Shown piece by piece: positions 38,520 to 48,179 of a stretch of DNA of 64,000 nt. Made by a program: the position numbers and the translations under genes. Below the pieces are notes generated by a model. The model saw nothing but the letters and a program-made list of their open reading frames with translations. It did not search any database and was not told the origin of the DNA. The DNA lies in assembly GCA_964643955.1 (NCBI GenBank), contig CAZXUO010000001.1, positions 78,314 through 142,313 on the forward strand, given 5' to 3'. The first letter of the stretch is position 1. Every line of letters starts with the position of its first letter. Origin of the DNA: an uncultured Candidatus Saccharibacteria bacterium (GTDB lineage: Bacteria > Patescibacteriota > Minisyncoccia > Phycocordibacterales > UBA918).

Positions 38520-40934
38520 TTAGTTTTGCGTGAGAAGTGCGCGTACTTTAATATCATCCGCAAGAGATGGACAGACATAGCGAATATAGGTGGTCTCACT
38601 TCCTCCTTTATCAGTTGTATCATAGTCACCCCACGCCCCACCATCATTTGTAGATTTTTGAAATGTCCCCTCTTCAGGATCTACAGTAGTGTCATCAACG
38701 AGTAATGAGCCCGTCACCGCATTATAGAGGCGAATACGCAGCTCCGGCACTGTACTCCCAAAAGCTGTAGAGAAACGCCATGCAAATGTCTTAGTGCTTA
38801 TCGAAGAATGTGCAACCGACGGTTGGTAATGACTATCGGTAGTGTTGTCCTCATATACAACACACACGTTATATACACGATTCGGCAGACAAAAGGTGCC
38901 TATGGTACGGAATTCAAATGCAAATTGGATTGCGGATGCACCCGCAACACTTGAAAGATCACCCGATTTGTCTATGAGAGTCCACGCCCCACTATCATCA
39001 CTAATTCCCAACGTACGATAGTATACACGCACTGGCTCAGTTGGCAGCGTCAGAGAGCCTTCGCCCAGATACTGCGCAGTATTGAAGTACGCACGTACAA
39101 ACTTTTCTGCATTCGGCGTTGCAAGAGACGGCGTGTAAAGACGTTGTTTCACTGATTCATCGGCATAATCCCAATCTGCGCCAAGTGGAACGGCATACAG
39201 TGCATTTGTTATCGCAGTAGTACCCGCGCGTACGATATAGGTCAGTCCCTCTTCCGACCACACATTGATGATACCTGCTTGGACGCTTGGATGTGGAACA
39301 GAGTTTGAATCAGCGGCAGACTGATCAATCTGCTTAGAATCAATGAGAAAAATGTGATCAAATGGATCGGAGTTCGTATTGTATTTGGTGATGTAGCTAC
39401 GCGCACCAGCTGAACCTGTCGAAGTAATTATCAGACGATCAATCTGATCGGAAATCTCAACACCTGTAAAAACGCCGCCGGCGCCATATGTACCAGCTCC
39501 TCCTGGGGGGACTTCTAGCATAGTGTCAGAAATATAGGTGGTCGAACCATTGACAATATTTCCCATTGCGACACGATAAATACGTGAAGCTGTTGCAAAA
39601 AAAAGCGATTTCTGCCCATTTGCCGGTCCATGCGCCAAGGTACCGATACGGCCGTTATTTGTCGCCGTGGTGTTACCAGTAACGGTCTGAATGCCGGTCG
39701 CAAAGACAAATGCTGAGGTGGTTTTCCCAGATGAAATAGAAGCGAGCGCACTACGAAAATTGTACTTATAAATAGATGGGGTCGTTGCAGCGACGCGCTC
39801 GATAACGTAACAGTACTGCTGCGTCCAGCTATCGCGATCATCAAGGGCAAGTCCAGAGTTTGCATCATTTGTGACGGTCGATGCGTCAGCAAGCCAGTAC
39901 ACAGCTTTCACTTTATCAACCGTTGTGGCCGCTGCGATAGTGACGCCTGCTGGGGTAAAGTCGTCGTATGAAAGACCCGATGCCATAAAAAGCCCACCGT
40001 TTGTTGCCGTTGCGTTCGTCGTTGTTGTCAGGCCGCGTAGGTCTTCGATCACATATGCAGTTCCCGCAGCGACAGTAATATTCGATGCGACACCGCCTGT
40101 TCCAGCAGCAGTGACATTGTTTTGAATAGTTATTGAGGTATTTGATCCGACAGCATTGATGTAGTACCACGTAGAGATCTGGGTGGGATCCGTAGAACCA
40201 AAACCAATGCGCGAACCTATAATAATGCGATCATCGGTCCATGTGGTACCTGATCCTGTCACAGTCGCCGTCGCGACTTCCACGGTTCCGGTCGTGTATT
40301 TGGCATAGACAGCGCGCATACCTGTAATCGTGTGATTGGTGGCCGCTGGATAGGTCATTATGATGAATCCTTTCCACGTAAAGATCGAGGTGCCTCTACG
40401 GAATTCGTAGCACGTGATGCGTCGTGTCGTGTTTGTCGCCGCACCGTCAGCAAGAAATACCCAGTCTATGTTGTAGTTCATATCAATCACGAAATTGGTG
40501 CTGCTCGGAATGGTTCCCGCTGTCGCGCTAAGTGTGATTGATGTATTTGATGCAATGGCCGTAATTGTATACCAATCCGTAACCGCAGTTGGATCTGTGG
40601 TTCCAAACCCAATACGTGCGTTGATTGGTACGCCAGCCGTATGCCACGCGGTCGTTGTGCCCGTAACTGCAGTCCCAGACACTGCGACCGTGCCTGTGGA
40701 ATAATATCCTGACTTATCTGCCCATCGCACTACGTGTGGATAGAGACCAGGCACCGAAACCGATGTCTCAAATGGACGGGCATTCCCCATCTTTATGGGG
40801 CCCGCAAACTTATCAGTGGCATCTTCACCCGTGTACTGTCGTATGAGGTCGCCTAAAACGGTTTTATTGGAATCATAAGCGTCATACATGACCGTACCTC
40901 CTGTGAATGTGTGTTCTGTAACGCGCTTTGCCAT
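38520..40934 (-). CDS. large Thr/Gly/Ser/Ala-rich beta-rich protein (fiber- or adhesin-like), no N-terminal signal peptide
   Basis: 804 aa with internal duplicated segments (TGTVAVSGTAVTGTTTAW...IGFGTTDPTAVTDWYTI and TGTVEVATATVTGSGTTW...IGFGSTDPTQISTWYYI). The composition is typical of beta-helical fibre proteins. Confidence 0.5.
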   Translation of the reverse strand: MAKRVTEHTFTGGTVMYDAYDSNKTVLGDLIRQYTGEDATDKFAGPIKMGNARPFETSVSVPGLYPHVVRWADKSGYYSTGTVAVSGTAVTGTTTAWHTAGVPINARIGFGTTDPTAVTDWYTITAIASNTSITLSATAGTIPSSTNFVIDMNYNIDWVFLADGAATNTTRRITCYEFRRGTSIFTWKGFIIMTYPAATNHTITGMRAVYAKYTTGTVEVATATVTGSGTTWTDDRIIIGSRIGFGSTDPTQISTWYYINAVGSNTSITIQNNVTAAGTGGVASNITVAAGTAYVIEDLRGLTTTTNATATNGGLFMASGLSYDDFTPAGVTIAAATTVDKVKAVYWLADASTVTNDANSGLALDDRDSWTQQYCYVIERVAATTPSIYKYNFRSALASISSGKTTSAFVFATGIQTVTGNTTATNNGRIGTLAHGPANGQKSLFFATASRIYRVAMGNIVNGSTTYISDTMLEVPPGGAGTYGAGGVFTGVEISDQIDRLIITSTGSAGARSYITKYNTNSDPFDHIFLIDSKQIDQSAADSNSVPHPSVQAGIINVWSEEGLTYIVRAGTTAITNALYAVPLGADWDYADESVKQRLYTPSLATPNAEKFVRAYFNTAQYLGEGSLTLPTEPVRVYYRTLGISDDSGAWTLIDKSGDLSSVAGASAIQFAFEFRTIGTFCLPNRVYNVCVVYEDNTTDSHYQPSVAHSSISTKTFAWRFSTAFGSTVPELRIRLYNAVTGSLLVDDTTVDPEEGTFQKSTNDGGAWGDYDTTDKGGSETTYIRYVCPSLADDIKVRALLTQN

Positions 40935-40962
40935 AGATGAGAATTATATCAAACGTTCGATA

Positions 40963-41586
40963 CTACACTTCCAAGTAATCAATATTTATCTGCACCGTGG
41001 TCGTTCCTGATATCACACAATATAACACCTGATCTACTCCTCCTTCGATATAGTTCGGGTGGTTATTTGATCCATAGAGGCCACCCGCCTTAGGAGCGAC
41101 ATATTTTTCATGATCTGTTCCACCTACGGTAAATCGAAACGATACGGATGTCGCATCCGCTGTGAGTGAGAATCGAGATGCATACACTCTAATCTTATTT
41201 CCAGATGCAGGTGTATGGACATTCCCTGAAGCTGAAAGATTGATAGAAAGTTTTGAGACCCCCTGCCCCGCAATGAGTGACTCGAGTGTCTCTTCTGTTG
41301 CCGGATTTATCCTATCGTTACTTGCATCTTTCACACCAATCACGCTCGAAGAAGGCGTACTTCCCATAATGAGCGCCTCTGCCTTATTGGGAAGTAGTTG
41401 CGAGGCCACGAGACCAACGCCAGCCACTCCTGCTATTTTAAGAAATGCTCTTTTTTTGTTATCTGGCGCTGTATCTGATGTTACGACCTCTGCATCAACG
41501 GCTCGAGGACGAGAAATGGTTGGAGCAAGCACATTCTTCTTTGAGACGAGTCTGAATGAGTGCTTCAGTGGGAGCTTTGTAAACAT
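40963..41586 (-). CDS. secreted hypothetical protein with a Tat-like (KR-variant) signal peptide
   Basis: N-terminus NKKRAFLKIAGVAGVGLVASQLLPNKAEA resembles a twin-arginine motif (S/T-R-R-x-F-L-K) with KR in place of RR; tatA/tatC lie 3.3 kb upstream. Confidence 0.4.
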   Translation of the reverse strand: MFTKLPLKHSFRLVSKKNVLAPTISRPRAVDAEVVTSDTAPDNKKRAFLKIAGVAGVGLVASQLLPNKAEALIMGSTPSSSVIGVKDASNDRINPATEETLESLIAGQGVSKLSINLSASGNVHTPASGNKIRVYASRFSLTADATSVSFRFTVGGTDHEKYVAPKAGGLYGSNNHPNYIEGGVDQVLYCVISGTTTVQINIDYLEV

Positions 41587-41661
41587 GGAATTGCGTTAGC
41601 CCAAGTATACCTGTGTGCTAAGCTATAGAAGAAATAATAAATGTTGATAGCATGAAGATGT

Positions 41662-44600
41662 GTGCATAAGTTCGAGCTTTCATACTTAAAAATGCACAAC
41701 CGTGCACAGAATATACGCAGTGTCCTTCTCCTTTCAAAGTTCGTCTTTGGGATTGCTTTTTTCTTTACACTCTCATATAGCAATGTGGTGCATGCTGCAT
41801 ACGAAAAGTTTTCTGCAGGAAGTACGGCGACTATCGGAGAGTTTGTGTACGAAGATGATTTCACTCCGTCAAGCGAGGACTGTATACTCTCAATATATAG
41901 TCCGAGCGGCAGCACTGAGGTGAACGCAGCCACAATGGATGAGGAAGCAAATGGCTGGCACTTCTATGAGTACGCGGTACCTTCAAGTGGGCCTGAGGGC
42001 ATCTGGCCTGCATTCATGAGTTGCGGTACGGCTCTCGACGGAGATCTCGTAAAAATGGACAAGACCTTTTCAGTTGGTGCGGTAAATGTCTCAAGTACAA
42101 CCATCGCAACAGCTGTATGGAATAGCTCGACTCGAACACTAAGTTCATTCGGCTCATTGGTATCTACTATTTGGTCAAATGCCACACGTACCCTCACTGG
42201 TGCAACGCTGGATTCTGGCTCACTTGCAACACAATCCGATGTGACTTCAGCATCTTCATCACTCAATGCTGCAATTAGCGCAAGTACCGCTACCATCAAT
42301 ACAAATACGGATAGCGAAATACTGAACGCAAGTACATCGCTCGCGTCAAATATTAATGCGAATACTAATAGCGCGACCGCGGGTATCACTTCAGCGGTGA
42401 ATGCGAATACCAATTCTGCAATTGCAACTGCATCATCCTCTCTTTTTGCAACACTTCCAGGAGCAATATGGTCGTATAGTGCTCGGACGTTGACCTCATT
42501 TGGAACGCTGGTCGCAAATGTGTGGTCAAATGCCACACGTACGCTCACGGGCGCAACGCTGGATTCTGGCTCACTTGCAACGCAGGCAAATATAACGACA
42601 GCGAGTTCTTCTCTCGGAGCAGCAATCACGGGAGGAGTGGCGACGGTGAATAGCAATACAAACAACGCAGTACTTGCAGCGAGTACGTCACTGGCTTCAA
42701 ACATAAATCAAAATACTGACAGCGAAGCTGCAAATATCACCTCAACAGTAAATGCGAATACGAATGCAGTAGTCCAGAGTGCTTCATCGTCTCTCTTTGC
42801 CAGTCTTCCGGGTGCGATATGGTCGTACAGCGCACGTACACTTACGTCGTTTGGAACACTCGTAACAAATGTCTGGTCAAATGCCACACGTACGCTCACG
42901 GGCGCAACGCTGGATTCTGGCTCACTTGCAACACAATCCGATGTGACTTCAGCATCTTCATCACTCAATGCTGCAATTAGCGCAAGTACCGCTACCATCA
43001 ATACAAATACGGATAGCGAAATACTGAACGCAAGTACATCGCTCGCGTCAAATATTAATGCGAATACTAATAGCGCGACCGCGGGTATCACTTCAGCGGT
43101 GAATGCGAATACCGACAGTGAGATAGCAGCAGCAAGTACATCACTTGCCGCAAGCATAAATGCAAACACGAATAATGCAATTGCAAGTGCCTCAACATCG
43201 CTTGCCGCAGCTATTTCTGCAGGTACGGCCGATATTAATGCTGAGATACAATCAGCAAGTTCATCGCTTGCGACGGGAATCCTCACAAATCGTGCCCTCA
43301 TTAATAGTCTCAACGATATTTCTGCAGCAGATGTATGGTCTGCGGGCACACGCACACTCACTGCATATGGGACATCTACTGGCGCGAGTGCGTCTAGCAC
43401 CGCAACTGCGGTTTGGAATATGGCGTCTGCTCAGCTCACGAGCGTAGGAAGCATAGGCAAGCTGCTTGCCGACAATATTGACGCTGAGATTTCTTCACGC
43501 GGTACAAGTAGTTTGACTGCAGCAGAAGTCTGGGCTGCAGGCACACGCACACTAAGTGATTACAACACATCAGCACTCTCCACTGCGGTAACAACCGCCG
43601 TCTGGGCAAATGCCGCGAGAACACTCACTAACTATGGTAATGATATTACTGCAGCGCAAGTATGGGACGCACTTACCTCTGGGCTCACGTCGGTGGATTC
43701 AATTGGAAAACTTCTCGTTGATAATGTGAACACGACCGTTTCCTCTCGTGCATCACTCGCAAACCAAACTGCTGGTTGGACTATTACAATGTCTGATTAT
43801 AGTTCGGTTCAAGCGGGCGAAACATACCGCGCGCGCATTGAAGTTAGAAATAGTAACAGTGTTCCCACAGCTCCCTTTGACACTCCAAACGTCACGCTCT
43901 ACGACGCAGAACGCAATATAACAGTATCAGCAGTAGATATGACGAGTGTCGCTACAGGCGTGTACGAATATACATACGCTGTATCGGATAGTGCCTCACA
44001 AGGTGTATGGGAAACTATCGTAAGTACTGAGGTAGAAAGTGGTAAAACACTTACAAACAATGACTACTGGATCGTTGCGGGCTCTCCAGCGCAAGTCATC
44101 ATTAATAGTGTGACTGGAGAAATACCAACGGCAACTGCAAACGTGACGATTACAAATGAAGGCCTTGCCGGCTACGAGTACCAATACGAATGGTGTGTCG
44201 TATCTGCTTCAAACAATCAGTGCGGGGGCGGAGATGATGTCTATCATGCCACCGGCGCAAAATTCATTAATCCTAGCGAGGATTGGAACACCAATCTTAC
44301 AGCAACCGTTTCTTCTGCTGGTTCATACTACTTTAAACTCATCGTCTACTTCGGCACTGATCGCTCAGGTTCTTCAAGAACCTTTATATTTGAGGGAGAC
44401 GAGGAAGATCCACCTCCACAAGGAGGCGGAGGTGGTGGTAAAAGCGGTGGAGGATCAGCTTCCGTAAGCGCGCCAAGGTCATGTGTGGGTGCTAACTTCA
44501 ATGGCGACCGGATTACTAATTCAATTGATTTCTCTATTCTCCTCTCCTACTGGAAACTCCCACCTCCTGCAACAAACAAATGTGTAGACATCAGCGGTGA

Positions 44601-44670
44601 CAATATTATCAACTCTGTTGACTTCTCAATTCTCCTTTCCCAGTGGGGTACCAAAGGATCTGCCCTATAA
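41662..44670 (+). CDS. giant secreted repeat protein with C-terminal tandem dockerin-like repeats
   Basis: Signal peptide, then three 117-aa tandem repeats plus ~10 short VW..TRTLT.YG motifs. The C-terminus has two calcium-loop-like segments, NFNGDRITNSIDFSILLSYW and DISGDNIINSVDFSILLSQW, that match the type-I dockerin pattern D-x-N-x-D-G-x-I-N-x-x-D-x-x-x-L. Confidence 0.6.
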   Translation: MHKFELSYLKMHNRAQNIRSVLLLSKFVFGIAFFFTLSYSNVVHAAYEKFSAGSTATIGEFVYEDDFTPSSEDCILSIYSPSGSTEVNAATMDEEANGWHFYEYAVPSSGPEGIWPAFMSCGTALDGDLVKMDKTFSVGAVNVSSTTIATAVWNSSTRTLSSFGSLVSTIWSNATRTLTGATLDSGSLATQSDVTSASSSLNAAISASTATINTNTDSEILNASTSLASNINANTNSATAGITSAVNANTNSAIATASSSLFATLPGAIWSYSARTLTSFGTLVANVWSNATRTLTGATLDSGSLATQANITTASSSLGAAITGGVATVNSNTNNAVLAASTSLASNINQNTDSEAANITSTVNANTNAVVQSASSSLFASLPGAIWSYSARTLTSFGTLVTNVWSNATRTLTGATLDSGSLATQSDVTSASSSLNAAISASTATINTNTDSEILNASTSLASNINANTNSATAGITSAVNANTDSEIAAASTSLAASINANTNNAIASASTSLAAAISAGTADINAEIQSASSSLATGILTNRALINSLNDISAADVWSAGTRTLTAYGTSTGASASSTATAVWNMASAQLTSVGSIGKLLADNIDAEISSRGTSSLTAAEVWAAGTRTLSDYNTSALSTAVTTAVWANAARTLTNYGNDITAAQVWDALTSGLTSVDSIGKLLVDNVNTTVSSRASLANQTAGWTITMSDYSSVQAGETYRARIEVRNSNSVPTAPFDTPNVTLYDAERNITVSAVDMTSVATGVYEYTYAVSDSASQGVWETIVSTEVESGKTLTNNDYWIVAGSPAQVIINSVTGEIPTATANVTITNEGLAGYEYQYEWCVVSASNNQCGGGDDVYHATGAKFINPSEDWNTNLTATVSSAGSYYFKLIVYFGTDRSGSSRTFIFEGDEEDPPPQGGGGGGKSGGGSASVSAPRSCVGANFNGDRITNSIDFSILLSYWKLPPPATNKCVDISGDNIINSVDFSILLSQWGTKGSAL
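42112..43165. repeat. three tandem 351-nt coding repeats, with a ~236-nt stretch identical between copies 1 and 3
   Basis: Seen in sequence: copy starts at ~42112, 42463 and 42814. 42175-42410 equals 42877-43112 exactly. Confidence 0.7.
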
Positions 44671-44677
44671 ACTCATT

Positions 44678-45559
44678 ATGCATAACGCACTGACATCATT
44701 TCTCATTATAGGCATAGCGCTCAGCGGCTTTGTAACGCCTCTCTTGACACATGCTATGAGTATATACGTAGAAATGCCCGAGAAGGCATTACGTGTGGGA
44801 AACACGACCTTTCTTGATGTCATGGTAGATACTGAAGATACTGAAATAAATGCAATTGAAGGAACGGTCACATTCGAAGATCCTCGATTTATTACGACGA
44901 TTTCCACAGGTGGCTCTATTTTTACGCTCTGGCCCCGAAGACCCTCAGTAGACGCAGATCGTATATCCTTTACCGGAGGAACAATTTCAGGAGTTTTTGG
45001 CAATGCACTCAAACTTTTTACCATAGTCGTGACTCCCACAACGCAAGACCTAGTCTCCATAAATTTTGGTGGCGTAACCGCGTATCTCAATGACGGAAAA
45101 GGAACTCCCGTCTCACTTTCCGGCTCATCACTTGAATTACCCGTATTCCCTATTGGTAACTCGGAAAATGAACTTGCTACACAGATTTCAACAGACATCA
45201 CTCCTCCACAAGAATTTTTAGTAGAACTTGGTAGGGATCCTTCGGTATATGATGGAAAATACTTTATAAGTTTTTTTGCAAGTGATAGTGAGTCGGGAAT
45301 TAATAGATACGAGGTTATCGAGAACGACTACCCCATGGTTCGTTCAGGAAATGCGTACGTGTTACAAGACCAATCACTACACGGAACGGTTGAAGTGCGT
45401 GCTGTCGATAATGCCGGAAATACACTCTCAAAAACATTAGCATTACAGGATACTGAAGAAATTGCGCCATCCTCATACGCAATAGTTCTTATCATAATCC
45501 TTGGCGCGCTCATTGTTGGGTGTATATTTTACATACGGTACATTCGTAGAAAAAAATAA
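44678..45559 (+). CDS. type-I membrane protein with N-terminal cohesin-like module and Ig-like domain
   Basis: Signal peptide (cleavage near THA-MS), ~140-aa module with a cohesin-like beta-sandwich pattern (TVTFEDPRFITTIS...GGTISGVFGNALKLFTIVVTPT...VSINFGGVTAYLNDGKGT), C-terminal TM helix and basic tail (RYIRRKK). The ATG at 44678 is the likely start. Confidence 0.5.
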   Translation: MHNALTSFLIIGIALSGFVTPLLTHAMSIYVEMPEKALRVGNTTFLDVMVDTEDTEINAIEGTVTFEDPRFITTISTGGSIFTLWPRRPSVDADRISFTGGTISGVFGNALKLFTIVVTPTTQDLVSINFGGVTAYLNDGKGTPVSLSGSSLELPVFPIGNSENELATQISTDITPPQEFLVELGRDPSVYDGKYFISFFASDSESGINRYEVIENDYPMVRSGNAYVLQDQSLHGTVEVRAVDNAGNTLSKTLALQDTEEIAPSSYAIVLIIILGALIVGCIFYIRYIRRKK

Positions 45560-47304
45560 TGAAACATTTCTTTATATTTGTTGTCGTTTGTGTACTTAGT
45601 GGTATCGCCTTGCCACTTTCAGCAGAAGCTGCAGAGATGTATCTCGTGCTCGATAAAACCCAAGTCACTGAGCAGGGCACATTTTCTGGAACGGTCTATG
45701 TATCAACAGGAGGTGTTGCGATAAACAATGCTGAAAGTACGCTGCATTTCCCTACCGACCTCATCAGTGTCGACTCAGTCAGTATCGTCGGTTCAATATT
45801 TAATATCTGGGTCGAGCAACCAACGTACTCAAATACCGCTGGCACCGTGTACTTCAACGGAGGACTGCCTACACCCGGTTATTCTGGAGAAGCAGGTAAT
45901 TCTTTACGTATTAATTTCAGAGCAAAGAAATCAGGAACTGCAAATATTACCTTTGGCACCTCAGCCATTAGAGCAAACGATGGAAAGGGTACCGACGTAC
46001 TCACAAATAGACGTGGAGGTAGTATCGCAGTGACAAGCGGATTCATTACTCTTCCCCAAACAACTCCCGTCGTACCTACCACACAACCTCAACCTGTTTC
46101 GGAAAACACAACGGATCTACGTGGTCCTGCAATTGTTTCAGAAGACATGCCCAACCAAGACGCGTGGTACAACAAGACAACGGGAAATTTCTCATGGGCA
46201 TTGCCTGAAGGTATTACAACCGTACAGTTGATTTTGAGTAGACTCTCAAGTACAGTCCCAACTGTAATATACGAACCTCCAATTAAGAATAAGACTCTCT
46301 CGGACCTCTCAGAAGGCATTCTCTACCTGAACGGTCGATTCAAAGATACTACCGGCTGGAGCAGGGTTAGCAGTAGAAAAATTCAGATCGACCTCACAGA
46401 GCCTGAGAGTCTTTTTGCAAAATCCACCATAACAAAGGACGACACTGTTTTAATTGAGGTATCAGCACTAGATACTCTTTCAGGAATCAAGAGTTACACA
46501 GTCTATGACGGTGAAGACAAGCTCGCCGAAGAAGCAGCGCACGACGGTGCTTCTGTCAAAATACAGCTCCCTCCACTTCAGCCTGGCACTCACTCCCTCA
46601 CTGTTCGCGTCTACGATAATGCAGAAAACTATGCAGAAACAAAAATTTCTGTAGATGCCCCAACAATGAAGCCACCGCGCATTACGCAGTATCCTCAGTT
46701 CCTCACCGCTGGCTCAAAAATAGAGATTACTGGTACAACACCATATAGTGACGGAGTTACACTCCTGTGGATAAAGGAAGAAAAGAAGGAAACCTTGAGC
46801 TATCCAGTCAGTCTCGATGCTCAAGGAACTTTTACATATACCACAGAGAAGATAAAGAACCCTGGGATAGTGAGTCTATGGGCAGAAACGATTAGAGAAG
46901 GACAGACAACAGGCATTTCATCTGAGAAAGTTTACATAGATGTTGAGGGCAAAGATGCATTGAGTCTGGGGACTGGAGCAATTCAAATAGTATCCCTCGT
47001 CATCACCCTACTCGTCTTACTATTCGGAGTTCTCGCACTCATATACCTTGGTATGAGAAAACTTAATAGATTCAAACGCACGCTTCGAAGGGATCTCATT
47101 CACACCGAGCGAGAAGTACATAAAATATTTAAAATCCTTAAGAGTGATACCAAGCGCCATCTAACGATGCTTGAGCGGGCACGGAAGAAAAGGAAGCTTA
47201 CACGAGAGGAGAATAAGATATTCACTGAGCTCTCAGAAAATCTTGACGAGACTGAACAATACCTCGCTGAAAAGATACAAAATATTGAAGAACAAAATCT
47301 ATAA
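45559..47304 (+). CDS. type-I membrane protein with N-terminal cohesin-like module, Ig-like domains and cytoplasmic coiled-coil tail
   Basis: Signal peptide (LSAEA-AE), cohesin-like module (TLHFPTDLISVDSVSIVGSIFNIW...GNSLRINFRAKKSGTANITFGTSAIRANDGKGT), an Ig-like region paralogous to the previous gene, a C-terminal TM and a ~80-aa charged helical tail. Its start overlaps the previous stop (TAATG). Confidence 0.5.
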   Translation: MKHFFIFVVVCVLSGIALPLSAEAAEMYLVLDKTQVTEQGTFSGTVYVSTGGVAINNAESTLHFPTDLISVDSVSIVGSIFNIWVEQPTYSNTAGTVYFNGGLPTPGYSGEAGNSLRINFRAKKSGTANITFGTSAIRANDGKGTDVLTNRRGGSIAVTSGFITLPQTTPVVPTTQPQPVSENTTDLRGPAIVSEDMPNQDAWYNKTTGNFSWALPEGITTVQLILSRLSSTVPTVIYEPPIKNKTLSDLSEGILYLNGRFKDTTGWSRVSSRKIQIDLTEPESLFAKSTITKDDTVLIEVSALDTLSGIKSYTVYDGEDKLAEEAAHDGASVKIQLPPLQPGTHSLTVRVYDNAENYAETKISVDAPTMKPPRITQYPQFLTAGSKIEITGTTPYSDGVTLLWIKEEKKETLSYPVSLDAQGTFTYTTEKIKNPGIVSLWAETIREGQTTGISSEKVYIDVEGKDALSLGTGAIQIVSLVITLLVLLFGVLALIYLGMRKLNRFKRTLRRDLIHTEREVHKIFKILKSDTKRHLTMLERARKKRKLTREENKIFTELSENLDETEQYLAEKIQNIEEQNL

Positions 47305-47928
47305 CGCTTCCTGATCAGATGGTGTCTCTACTTCTTCGGACTCAATCATATTGGTATCTACTGTTTCAGCCGATATCACCTCAGTGGGCGCTCTAAGCGA
47401 TGCGAATGTTGTCGTCGTTCCGATTTCCGTCAATGTCGTCTCCTCTACAACCAGTTCCTCTCCCGTAAGAGCAAGGGTAATTTGTAATGGTTCTGCATAG
47501 GGACCAGCTTCATCGCCTAAAATATGTAGTACACGCGTCTTTTCACTGAGATTGTCTGTAGTAGAAGCTACCCCATACCAGCTCATTGAATTGTCACGTA
47601 CACTCTCGCACTGTTTCGTAAGCGAAAAAGTATCGTCTTTAGAAAAGGCGAGCGCAAAAGACATATAGTAGGAATTTACACACAAGCCATCACTTTCTTT
47701 CTGTGGTCCTGAGTAATAAACCGCATTAAAAGCATCGCCTGTCTCCTGAACGGGCTTTCGATCAGAAAGCACAATAGGGACCAATCCTGATTGGGAAACT
47801 CCCCCTATACGCTCTTCCAAGAATGCAAATACCGCGGTATTTGTACTTAAATAACGATAAGCTAGAAATCCCGGTATAAGACCGAGTGTACTAACTAACA
47901 TAACGAGTGCGTATTCCTTGTAAGTCAT
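47299..47928 (-). CDS. hypothetical membrane-anchored protein
   Basis: 209 aa with an N-terminal TM helix; no recognised motif. Confidence 0.4.
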   Translation of the reverse strand: MTYKEYALVMLVSTLGLIPGFLAYRYLSTNTAVFAFLEERIGGVSQSGLVPIVLSDRKPVQETGDAFNAVYYSGPQKESDGLCVNSYYMSFALAFSKDDTFSLTKQCESVRDNSMSWYGVASTTDNLSEKTRVLHILGDEAGPYAEPLQITLALTGEELVVEETTLTEIGTTTTFASLRAPTEVISAETVDTNMIESEEVETPSDQEAL

Positions 47929-47950
47929 ATTGCCTAAGTATACATGGACA

Positions 47951-47983
47951 CGAAAACAGCGGCGAATGAAGCCGCTGTTTTCG
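47951..47983. terminator. intrinsic terminator (13-bp perfect stem CGAAAACAGCGGC-gaatgaa-GCCGCTGTTTTCG), likely end of the lexA-dinB operon
   Basis: Perfect inverted repeat with U-tracts embedded in both arms, ~200 nt downstream of the dinB stop on the minus strand. Confidence 0.5.
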
Positions 47984-48179
47984 TAGCCATAGTATTCTTC
48001 CCGTAATGTATCTCCCTCGTCAGGAATCTTCCACGGAGCAACTAGAATCAGTTTTGCGGCTTTGCGCTTAGTATTGCCAAGTCATCTAACCAAAAACGCA
48101 CCCCAAGCGTACTATGGTGCTCAACTTTTACTTTTTCCATCCTTCCATTCTATCAGAACACAGTGTGTGGAAAGTAAAG

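Noticed and set aside
42112-43165. Tandem direct repeats considered as a possible CRISPR array
   Set aside because: The period is 351 nt with no short repeat/spacer alternation. The repeats are in-frame coding sequence of one long ORF, and no cas genes are nearby.
37676-47304. Prophage hypothesis for the fibre-like/LamG/repeat-protein region
   Set aside because: No integrase, terminase, portal, capsid or tail-tube/sheath genes were recognised. The proteins carry signal peptides, TM anchors, dockerin/cohesin-like modules and Tat-like signals, which are better explained as cell-surface proteins. tRNA genes in the window are not adjacent to this block.
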